Part shown: in pieces, positions 1-7,973 of the stretch
Layout of the letters: each line of letters starts with the position of its first letter
Position numbering within the stretch: the first letter of the stretch is position 1
NCBI GenBank assembly: GCA_046757025.1
Contig: JBHHXN010000027.1
Coordinates: 1-41,951, forward strand
DNA length: 41,951 nt
Direction of reading: 5' to 3'
Origin: a bacterium
Lineage (GTDB): Bacteria > Zhuqueibacterota > Zhuqueibacteria > Oceanimicrobiales > Oceanimicrobiaceae
Program-made: the position numbers and the translations under genes
The notes under the pieces: generated by a model
Told to the model about the DNA's origin: nothing
Databases searched by the model: none
Seen by the model: only the letters and a program-made list of their open reading frames with translations

Positions 1-320
1 CGATCTTTATCCACCACCGGCACCAGCTCCCTTAAATCCACTTCATCTTTTTCCTCCGCTCTTCGAATATTTTGCACGGTCAGGTGCAGACGATCCTTGT
101 AATTGATCACCTTGCCTTTGACCTTCACAATGTCGCCGAGTTCCATGGCGTCAAAATGCGCCTGCACATCATCCCACACAGTCGCGCTTATCCGTCCGCT
201 GGCATCTCCGAGTTCCATGGAAAGGTAGTTTTCATCAGATTCTTTTTTGGTTTTAAGCTCTTTTTTTCGAAGAACAAAAAATGCTATCAAACTGTCGCCG
301 GCTTTTAATTGACCGATCAT
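1..320 (-). CDS. yhaM: 3'-5' exoribonuclease YhaM family (OB-fold plus presumed HD domain), N-terminal part, runs off the window edge
   Basis: Absent from the ORF track; manual translation from ATG 320 (GGAGGG RBS) gives MIGQLKAGDSLIAFFVLRKKELKTKKESDENYLSMELGDASGRISATVWDD...GDIVKVKGKVINYKDRLHLTV, matching the YhaM OB-fold pattern YL-x-x-x-LGD-x-SG-x-I-x-A-x-x-W. The HD domain would lie outside the window. Confidence 0.85.
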   Translation of the reverse strand, partial: MIGQLKAGDSLIAFFVLRKKELKTKKESDENYLSMELGDASGRISATVWDDVQAHFDAMELGDIVKVKGKVINYKDRLHLTVQNIRRAEEKDEVDLRELVPVVDKD

Positions 321-374
321 TTTTCCCTCCTGGCGTTATCCCACTTATTGTCAAAAGTTTTTAGATAATTAAAG

Positions 375-497
375 GTAACTATTCACCCTGTTTTGTCATT
401 CTGAAAGGATCTTGTTCATTTTTTAGCACTCTCTTGATCAGCCAACTAATTCTAAACTCAAAAAAGATTCTTCCAGAATGACAGGCTGAATAGTTAC
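375..497. mobile_element. MITE, 123 bp, with IS66-like termini and an 8-bp target-site duplication
   Basis: Terminal inverted repeats GTAACTATTCA (375-385) / TGAATAGTTAC (487-497); identical flanking AATTAAAG at 367-374 and 498-505; internal palindrome TGTCATTCTG...CAGAATGACA. Confidence 0.85.
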
Positions 498-627
498 AAT
501 TAAAGCGCTAAGTTTAAAATTGTTTTTAATTAGTTGCACTTTTTGCCGACCGCCATTTTATGCACCATCCAACAACCTGTCATTCTGAAGCTTAACTTTT
601 CATACCGGCTCAGCAGCCTGACCACCC

Positions 628-3039
628 TTAATTTGGTTTGAGAATTAAGCGCTCATCGGCGTTTTGGATAATTTCCTCCTCGTTGATGACCATGGGATGA
701 TAATTTCCGTTCAGCCACAGTTGGGTTTGGTCCTTATAATGCTCGCTCATGCGCTGGCCGGACTGCCCGGCGGTAATTACAGACAAGGTGTGCTCCGTGT
801 CACACAAATCCACAATTTGCCGGGTGGAAGCGCCCAGCACCGCATCGAACGGTTCGAGCAAACTGTATTCTGAATTGTTGATGGTGGTAGCGGATCCGCC
901 CCGGGGGTAGGGGCCTAAATTTAAAATTACATCCAGCGGTTTAGTGGCGCCCAAAGGATGTTTCATGAGCAGCTTGTGCACCCGCCCCCAGGTCCAGCCG
1001 CTGATTTCTTCTCCGGCTAATTCTGTCAGCAGCGTGCTGGCTTCCATCAAACTCTGCACCAGAATATTTTGTGCGGATTCTTTCTCCGGGGTGTTCACAT
1101 TGTCAAACCAGGTGGTGGTTTTCTTTTGTAACAAAGCTAAAATCACCCGCACCGGCACATTTGCCAAACGAATATAATTCTGATACAATTCCTCGCCCAT
1201 TTCGTCCCTGAAAGTGTTATCGAATAGCTTGATGACGAAAGCGTGGAAGAATGCCGGCGCCAGGCTTTCAGGGGTTTCCTGACCGTCCCATTCTTTGAGA
1301 AGGTTATAAGCCACGAGCAATTTTTCTTGGTGAGAAGCCGCCAGCTCAGCTTCAACCGATTCCATTAAAAAAGGCAAAATCTGCAGAGCAAAATCTGAGC
1401 GCACGTCTGTTTGCATTTCTTTGATATCGTTCACCGAAATTTTGTCCTTTTGAGCCAGCAGCTCGTGAATGCGTTTGGCGCGGCTCGGCGGCTCCCAGAG
1501 GTTGGAAAGATAGTACGGATAACGGCCATCGACAATTTTGTTGTTGGCGGTGACGATAAAATTTGACGGTGGATTCAAAGCATGCGGCAGCTTTTCAAAC
1601 GGTATCTCTTGCAGCCACTGTCCTTTTAACAGCCACCCTTTGTGGGGCAGAAAACCTGTGGTATTATTACGAATGGGCACCGCTCCCGCTAAATAATAGC
1701 CGATATCGCCGTCCGCATTTGCAAAAATAAAATTTTGAGCCGGCACGCGAAAATGCTTCACGGCTTCTGTAAAATCCTGCCAGGTGCGGGCTTTTTGCAA
1801 TTTGTTGAGTGCCAAGAATTCATCACTGGCCTGAGCTCCAGTCCAGCGCATGGCCACGGCGGCACCGCTGTTTTTCAAACCAGGATGGAGGCTGGTAATG
1901 ATGGGGCCGTTTCGACTGATTCGCACCGGTAAGTTGAGTGGGTTGCCATCTCGAACTGCAATCCGCTCCTCTACGCTTTCAAATTCAACCCAATCTTTAC
2001 CGGTCCAATATTGACTTGCACTATCCGGATTGACCTTTTCGAAATAAAAATCCACATCGTCGATCATACCGTTGGTCAACCCCCAGGCAGCCTCCAGATT
2101 GTGTCCGATCAAAACGCCGGGCGTACCCGGCAGAGTGACGCCGGCGACGTTTAAATCGTCACACACGAGGTGCATTTCGTACCAGATGGAGGGCATGCGC
2201 AACTCCAGATGCGGATCGTTGGCTAAAATCGGTTTGCCGCAATCGGTGAGGTTTCCAGAAACCACCCAGGAGTTGCTGCCGAGATGCGCGCCGGAGATGC
2301 CCAGAATTTTTCTTAACGACAGGCCTTTTTGCAGAAAGTGCTGCATTTCGAGGGAAGTTTTCTTCTGCTCGGACGCGACGATAAACGGTCCTTGCGCCGG
2401 AAAATCGGGAAATATTTCTCGAACTTTTTCCAAACCCAATTCGTTCACCAGGCGGTACAGGACGATTTCGATATACCAGCTAAAAGACAGTTTCCAGGCC
2501 ATGAGCCGGGAAAACGCCACGCTGTCGGTTACCTGCCATTTTTCTGGTTGGTATTTCAGAATGGCGAATTCGATCGGCAGGCGGTCGATGTGCGAGTCAA
2601 TAAAGGCGTTCACTCCTTCGGCGTAAGCTTCTAATATCATCCGAGACTCAACTGAAAGATTTTCAACGACTTTTGCTGCGATTCGATTTAACCCCAGCGT
2701 TCGGACGTAGATATCCGATTCAAGAGCGCTTTCGCCAAATATTTCAGCCAGCCGGCCGGTGGCGGCCCGGCGATGAAAATCCATCTGCCAGAGGCGATCT
2801 TGAGCAGTGACGAATCCTGCCGCTTTGTAGAGATCGCGTTCATTCTCGGCAAAAATATGCGGCACGCCAAAATCATCGCGGTACACCTGCACCTCACTTT
2901 CGAGAATAGACAAAGTCACCCGGCCGCGGGTTTCAGGCAGGGATTTGGTGAGCAGGAAGTAACTGAATAAAACAATCGTGAAAAAGACCACTAAAAGCAA
3001 AATGGAGAGTTTGAGGAGATAACGCGCGCCTTTTGTCAT
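628..3039 (-). CDS. Penicillin acylase family Ntn-hydrolase (peptidase S45), N-terminal membrane anchor
   Basis: RDDFGVPHIFA, AQDRLWQMDF, autoproteolysis site GSNSWVVSG, LANDPHL, WYEMHL, GQSG..SEHYKDQ motifs. Confidence 0.93.
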   Translation of the reverse strand: MTKGARYLLKLSILLLVVFFTIVLFSYFLLTKSLPETRGRVTLSILESEVQVYRDDFGVPHIFAENERDLYKAAGFVTAQDRLWQMDFHRRAATGRLAEIFGESALESDIYVRTLGLNRIAAKVVENLSVESRMILEAYAEGVNAFIDSHIDRLPIEFAILKYQPEKWQVTDSVAFSRLMAWKLSFSWYIEIVLYRLVNELGLEKVREIFPDFPAQGPFIVASEQKKTSLEMQHFLQKGLSLRKILGISGAHLGSNSWVVSGNLTDCGKPILANDPHLELRMPSIWYEMHLVCDDLNVAGVTLPGTPGVLIGHNLEAAWGLTNGMIDDVDFYFEKVNPDSASQYWTGKDWVEFESVEERIAVRDGNPLNLPVRISRNGPIITSLHPGLKNSGAAVAMRWTGAQASDEFLALNKLQKARTWQDFTEAVKHFRVPAQNFIFANADGDIGYYLAGAVPIRNNTTGFLPHKGWLLKGQWLQEIPFEKLPHALNPPSNFIVTANNKIVDGRYPYYLSNLWEPPSRAKRIHELLAQKDKISVNDIKEMQTDVRSDFALQILPFLMESVEAELAASHQEKLLVAYNLLKEWDGQETPESLAPAFFHAFVIKLFDNTFRDEMGEELYQNYIRLANVPVRVILALLQKKTTTWFDNVNTPEKESAQNILVQSLMEASTLLTELAGEEISGWTWGRVHKLLMKHPLGATKPLDVILNLGPYPRGGSATTINNSEYSLLEPFDAVLGASTRQIVDLCDTEHTLSVITAGQSGQRMSEHYKDQTQLWLNGNYHPMVINEEEIIQNADERLILKPN

Positions 3040-3062
3040 AGACCAATGAAGATTATGCCAGA

Positions 3063-3809
3063 TTAGAAGTATTCAAAATAGCCAATTTTGAATTCACGCA
3101 TGATATTATCCGGACCATTTTTCAACAGATTCTTCAAATTGAATTGTAGAAACAAACGGTCAGAAAAGGACCACTGCACGCCCGTGTTCAAATAACCGTC
3201 CCCCTCGCCAAACGCCGCATCGTCTTTATTATCGTTTCTCGCCAGATCGTATTCCATCACGAATCGAAATTCCCGGTTAAAGCTGACGTCTAATCCCAGA
3301 AACACGTTCAGGTCTTCGTCACCGTCGTCGTCTTCGAGACTGAAATTAATGCCGCCGTGAATGCCGAGATTCTGGAAAAAGGCATAATTTTTACTTGCCA
3401 CCACAAACAAACCCCGCGATTTATTGACATAGCGTTTGAAGGCGTCGTTGTATGGCCCGTAGCCTTGCGAGTTAAATCCTAAAGTCACCGCCGGTACGGT
3501 GTAGGTTTCATCGATCACTCGAAAGCGAGCCTGGATACCGGGGTCCGGGTTCCAGTTGACGTCTCCTTCTCCGATGATGTTTTCGCCGCCATAAGAAAGT
3601 CCGATCATGAATCGCGGCGTAATTCCGACAGCCACGCCGCTCAACAAACCGCCGTGGTTAAACATCCTCAAGCCGATGGCAAAGCTGCCGCGCTCCAGAG
3701 TGCCGGCGGTGGGAAGATCGATCAAAAGGCGATGCGGAAACTCACTCTGAGCTTGCAGACAGGTTGAAGTCAGCAAAAGTAAAATAAAAAACACGCATAC
3801 TTTTTTCAT
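3063..3809 (-). CDS. Exported outer-membrane beta-barrel protein (YjbH-like)
   Basis: Signal peptide, LIDLPTAGTL motif typical of YjbH-like proteins, alternating amphipathic beta strands, C-terminal Phe (GYFEYF). Confidence 0.65.
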   Translation of the reverse strand: MKKVCVFFILLLLTSTCLQAQSEFPHRLLIDLPTAGTLERGSFAIGLRMFNHGGLLSGVAVGITPRFMIGLSYGGENIIGEGDVNWNPDPGIQARFRVIDETYTVPAVTLGFNSQGYGPYNDAFKRYVNKSRGLFVVASKNYAFFQNLGIHGGINFSLEDDDGDEDLNVFLGLDVSFNREFRFVMEYDLARNDNKDDAAFGEGDGYLNTGVQWSFSDRLFLQFNLKNLLKNGPDNIMREFKIGYFEYF

Positions 3810-3832
3810 TCCGTGATCCTCATTTTTGCAAA

Positions 3833-4627
3833 TTAATAAATGCTTTTCACCGAACCGCCATCTACCTGAATGGAGGTACCCGTAAGGTAACTGGCGCGTT
3901 CCGAAGCCAGAAACACCACCAGATTCGCCAACTCTTCGGGTTTGCCCATGCGCGCTATTGGAATGTTGCTGGTAATGCTGTGGTCAATTTCTTCGGGGGT
4001 TTTGCCCTGCGAAGCCGCCAGGGCCTGTATCAGCTCGGCAACACGCTCGGTGCGGGTCCAGCCCGGACACACGTTGTTGATCAAAATGCCATCTTTCGCC
4101 ACCTGATTGGAAAGCGTTTTGGCCCAACCGATCACCGACAACCGCAAGCTGTTGGACAGCAGCAGCTCATCGATGGGCTGCTTAACGGAAACAGAAGTGA
4201 CATTAATGATGCGGCCCCAGCGCTGCTTTTTCATGAACGGCAGGACGGCTCGTGTCAGTCGAACGGAGGACATCAGGATTAAATCGACGGTCATTTGCCA
4301 GCTCTCATCATTCAATTCGCTGAAAAATCCCGGCGGCGGCCCGCCGGCGTTGTTCACCAGAATATGCACCGTACCAAATCGTTCGACGGTTTTTTCGACC
4401 AATTTCTCGATGTCTTGCGGTTGCGTGAGGTCGGCTACCACTGTCAGCGTTTCGACTTCGGCAGCCGTGGCGCGAATGTCCTCTTCTGCAGCCTGTAGAT
4501 TTTTGGCACTGCGGGAACAAATGACCACGTTAGCACCTTCTCGGGCCAGGCTTGAGGCGATGGCCTTGCCCAGCCCTTGACTGGAAGCCGCTACCAGAGC
4601 GACTCTTTTGTTTAATCCCAAATCCAT
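3833..4627 (-). CDS. SDR family NAD(P)-dependent oxidoreductase (FabG-like, atypical active site)
   Basis: ASSQGLG dinucleotide-binding loop, LVNNAGGP, NNVCPG, YLTGTSIQVDGG; the canonical YxxxK is replaced by SNSLR. Confidence 0.92.
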   Translation of the reverse strand: MDLGLNKRVALVAASSQGLGKAIASSLAREGANVVICSRSAKNLQAAEEDIRATAAEVETLTVVADLTQPQDIEKLVEKTVERFGTVHILVNNAGGPPPGFFSELNDESWQMTVDLILMSSVRLTRAVLPFMKKQRWGRIINVTSVSVKQPIDELLLSNSLRLSVIGWAKTLSNQVAKDGILINNVCPGWTRTERVAELIQALAASQGKTPEEIDHSITSNIPIARMGKPEELANLVVFLASERASYLTGTSIQVDGGSVKSIY

Positions 4628-4640
4628 CTCTGAAAACCTC

Positions 4641-5099
4641 CTACTTTATCTCCGGCCCCGATTCCCAATCAAAGCCAATTTCGGTATCGTTGTGGGGAAT
4701 GCGTCCTTCCTCTTTGATATCATAGACATTGGAAGTGATGTAAAATAAATGCGCCACGCCCCCGAGTACTTTGCATCCGTGGGCAACCCCGGCGGGAATT
4801 TTCAGAACTTTTGCGTTAAAATTTTCCCCCATGAATAATACTTGTGTTTGACCGCTGGTCTGTGAATCCGGGCGCTTGTCGTAAAGCGCGACTTTGAGAT
4901 TTCCCACAGGCACGTACCACCAATCGACCTGCGTTTTGTGGATGTGCCAGGCTTTGGCAACTCCTGGATACATCATGGCGTGGCTGAATTGTCCAAAACC
5001 CTCACCAAAAAAACCATCGGTCTTGCGAATTATTTCTCGAAAAAAACCTCTTTCATCTGTGTGTGTTTCAAGCTCCTTAATCTCTACGCCTGCAATCAT
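4641..5099 (-). CDS. dTDP-4-dehydrorhamnose 3,5-epimerase (RmlC)-like cupin
   Basis: DERGFFRE, PGVAKAWHIH, LYDKRPDS, IPAGVAHG motifs; no other rml genes nearby, so the substrate is uncertain. Confidence 0.85.
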   Translation of the reverse strand: MIAGVEIKELETHTDERGFFREIIRKTDGFFGEGFGQFSHAMMYPGVAKAWHIHKTQVDWWYVPVGNLKVALYDKRPDSQTSGQTQVLFMGENFNAKVLKIPAGVAHGCKVLGGVAHLFYITSNVYDIKEEGRIPHNDTEIGFDWESGPEIK

Positions 5100-5121
5100 C
5101 TACGCAATCTCCAAATTGTTG

Positions 5122-6501
5122 TCAATGGGTAATCTTGGTTTTATAAGAATCGTAGTTAAAATCCGGGCTATTGTCTTCTGTGTGACATTTTAAGCAAATC
5201 TGCTCAGACACCGGCTGAAAATCCGAAGCGTTCTGGCCGTTGGTTTTGCCATTGCTGGATTTTGCTGCATTTCGCCGGCGGTTGATATGGGTCAATATGT
5301 TGTCACCATTGAAGCGGTGGCACTGTGAACATTGCACATTGACCAGGTCGGGCGTTTCTCGGATGGAAGTAAATCCGTTGGTTTCGCCATTCATAGTGGT
5401 ATGGCACTGCTGACATTCGGGATTATGATTTTGCTTTTCGCGCACCAACGTTTCCCAGGCTTTGGCATGTAAAGTGGTGCGCCATTGATGGTCCTGTTTG
5501 CGGTGACAGGCCGCGCACGAACGCTCGCTGTACCGGCTAAATTTTGTCTGTGCTTTAGGACTCTGCAAGGGGTAAGTCGCTAACAATGCCTCTTCATATT
5601 CTTTTATCACCTTTGCCAGATTTGCTTCGTCTTTAATTTTATCGCTCAAATCAACCGTTTTTCCTCTTACTTGGGAAACGGTTTCACCCGTCACAACAAA
5701 ATCCAACTGTCCCAGATATTTGCCCTGGGAGCCCGGCTGCATAATCACGGTTTCGCCGATTTTTTCAGGCTGCCGGATGTGGCTGCCACCGTGTCCGCTG
5801 ATGATAAAATCGATACCCTGAACCTGTTTCGCAAGATCTCTTGAGCCATTTAAAGACATGTGTGCAAGCGCGATCACCACATCGCATTTTTTCCTGAGCT
5901 CCTTTACGGCTTTCTTAGCGGCCGTTAGCGGGTCTTTGACTTCAAAGCCGGTTTTGGGGGTTACCATGCGGCTGATGCCTTTGGTATTCATTATGCCGAA
6001 AATGCCAAATTTTACCCCGCCAATTTTTTTGATGATGTGCGATTTGGCAAAAAGTTTATCCGTTCCGGCCTGATACACATTGGCCGAAACAAAAGGCAAA
6101 TCATACTGATCGCGCATTCTCTCCAAAAACTCTCGTCCGTACTGGAGGTCCTTTTCAGCCAAATTGATGGCATCGTATTCCAAAAGCCCCATACCCTTCA
6201 ACAGATATTCGACTTTCAGGGTCTGGGCTTTGGCGGTGGTGTAGCCAAAATCGCCGCAATCCACCAACAGTTGGTGATGGTTTTCCATCTTTACTGTGTT
6301 GATATAACTGGCTCGCCGAGCCAGACCGCCAAGCTGGCGGGCTTTTCAGCCACACGGTTTCAAATAGCCATATAAATCACTGGTAAAAAATAATTGAAAA
6401 GACACATCCTCTGGAACAGCGGACAAACAAGACATCAAAAAGAGCAAGATCACAAATCCCAGGGCGGTGACATGAATAACTTTGAACTGTTTTCTATCCA
6501 T
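5122..6501 (-). CDS. Predicted selenoprotein, 459 aa: signal/lipoprotein peptide, UshA/5'-nucleotidase-like domain with C-G-U motif (Sec52), tetraheme cytochrome c domain
   Basis: ATG 6501 with AAGGAG upstream reads MDRKQFKVIHVTALGFVILLFLMSCLSAVPEDVSFQLFFTSDLYGYLKPCG[TGA 6348-6346]KARQLGGLARRASYINTVK and continues in frame into track ORF 5122..6288. Four CxxCH motifs (CAACH, CQQCH, CSQCH, CLKCH). Confidence 0.88.
6308..6345 (-). promoter_or_regulatory. Candidate bacterial SECIS element directly 3' of the in-frame UGA
   Basis: mRNA reads UGA-AAAGC-CCGCCA(GCU)UGGCGG-U-CUGGCUC(GGC)GAGCCAG: two perfect stems, the second with a G-starting loop 28 nt after the UGA. Confidence 0.65.
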
Positions 6502-6586
6502 GGCTGAATCAGAGCTCCTTATTTTTATTCAGTAAATCCTTTTGAAAGTGGTTTTTGAAATATAATTTTGATTCCATCCTGTCCAT

Positions 6587-6615
6587 AACATATTAAAAAA
6601 AATGCAGTGATGCAA
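6587..6615 (-). promoter_or_regulatory. Possible sigma-70 promoter of the selenoprotein operon
   Basis: TTGCAT-N17-TATGTT on the minus strand, between the upstream terminator and ATG 6501. Confidence 0.35.
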
Positions 6616-6635
6616 ATAAAAATTCAGTTTCTAAA

Positions 6636-6678
6636 TAAAAAAGGCAGAAGCGACGATGCATTGCACGCTTCTGCCTTT
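6636..6678 (-). terminator. Rho-independent terminator
   Basis: 13-bp stem AAAGGCAGAAGCG / CGCTTCTGCCTTT followed by a T-tract on the minus strand, downstream of the 6800..7909 gene. Confidence 0.8.
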
Positions 6679-6799
6679 GGATTAGAGGAGTATCTGGAAA
6701 AGATAAATTTATTTTGCGAGACTTGTATTTATATTTAAAGCCGATTCAGGCGAAATCAAAACCGTTTTGCATTTCAAAACTACCCGCCGAATTGAGCAC

Positions 6800-7909
6800 C
6801 TATCTGGCAGAAGCCACATTTCTTTTCTGCATAATAAATTGCCACGTATCATAATTTTCAAGGAGTTCTTTAATCGCCAGGCCGCCGCTTTCCCCGAACA
6901 CATCAACAAATTTTCGATAATCGACCATTTTCACATCGTTACCGATTTTGCGATTTAACTGTGCCATCAATTCCAGATAGTCCATATCCAAATCGGGGTC
7001 AAAGCTGAGGCCGAGTTTCGTTTGCAGATCGTCCGGATTGAATAAATACGCTCGCGACAGCGTTTTTTGCGCCACGTGATCGATGTATTCGATTTCCTCC
7101 GTTTTTTCCTGCCACTGAGGGTGGTTTAAGATCAGCTCCCTGATGCGGGATTCCGTAGCACTAAGCTGGGGTTGGACTTCCAGGTACCTCAAATACGACG
7201 CAGCCAATCCCGCCTCTAGTAAAGAGTTGACCAGCTCCTTATTTTCTATTTTATTCAAAGCTGCGCTGGCTTGCAATTTTTTAGCTCTTTCAACTTGAGG
7301 CAGTTTCACGAACGGCACCTTGGAAATGGTTTCCGAAGGAACGAGCAGATTGTTGTTGGCAGTCGCTTCTTTTGTTTTTGCTGATTTTTCTCCGGGGACT
7401 ACGGCTTTTGTGGAAGATTTAACTTCCTCGCCTTTGGAAGCCGCGTTTTCAGCCAGCAATTCGCGATCTTTCATCATCATAAAATAACGAAACTCGTTGT
7501 CGGTCATTTCTGAAATAGGTTTATTTTTTATTTCATCGTATTGAAAATCGCCTTCTTGCAATTCCTCTTCGGCCATTCTTGCAAATTTTACTTTTGCTTT
7601 TTTCCCATCAACTTGCAGCTCGCCCCCCTGTCGAAATCGATCATAATCTTCAACGGACAAGCGTGTACCATCGGCCAATTCAATTTCTTTGATGCGTTCC
7701 AGAATGAGCACCTCGCCGTATTCATAAGCTTTTTCCCAGTCGTTGGTCCTGAAAACTATTTTGTCCGGCAAAATATCTAACACGTCCGCTTTGATCTTGT
7801 CCCCATTTTTAAGCAAGAGGGTGACCGCATCCGTCCGTTTCACTGGAGTGTGGCCAGCGCAACCCAAAAACAACAAAATCCCTAAAAGCCCGATAATTTT
7901 CTTTTCCAT
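6800..7909 (-). CDS. Hypothetical lipoprotein
   Basis: 369-aa ORF, basic N-terminus, hydrophobic stretch and lipobox FLGC; no recognised domain. Confidence 0.75.
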   Translation of the reverse strand: MEKKIIGLLGILLFLGCAGHTPVKRTDAVTLLLKNGDKIKADVLDILPDKIVFRTNDWEKAYEYGEVLILERIKEIELADGTRLSVEDYDRFRQGGELQVDGKKAKVKFARMAEEELQEGDFQYDEIKNKPISEMTDNEFRYFMMMKDRELLAENAASKGEEVKSSTKAVVPGEKSAKTKEATANNNLLVPSETISKVPFVKLPQVERAKKLQASAALNKIENKELVNSLLEAGLAASYLRYLEVQPQLSATESRIRELILNHPQWQEKTEEIEYIDHVAQKTLSRAYLFNPDDLQTKLGLSFDPDLDMDYLELMAQLNRKIGNDVKMVDYRKFVDVFGESGGLAIKELLENYDTWQFIMQKRNVASAR

Positions 7910-7973
7910 GATTACACCCTTTTTTATTGATTCAAATGGTTCCTATCTTGAATTTAATCTAATGAAAGATTTT

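Noticed and set aside
72..308. Plus-strand 78-aa ORF, and the many other short antisense or alternate-frame ORFs in the track
   Set aside because: They are shadows of well-supported minus-strand genes (here yhaM) and carry no recognisable motifs.
423..449. CIRCE-like sequence TTAGCACTC-N9-GCCAACTAA
   Set aside because: The left arm is perfect but the right arm matches only 5 of 9 positions; it lies inside a MITE and not before a chaperone gene, so probably chance.
578..589. Solo TGTCATTCTGAA copy of the repeat arm
   Set aside because: No downstream partner arm or terminal repeats; at most a fragment.
6346..6348. UGA as a nonsense mutation or as genome-wide recoding to Trp/Gly
   Set aside because: The Cys-x-UGA context with adjacent hairpins and intact flanks favours Sec. 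TGA is an ordinary stop for several genes here (batE, batD, batB, dnaJ), which rules out genetic code 4 or 25.
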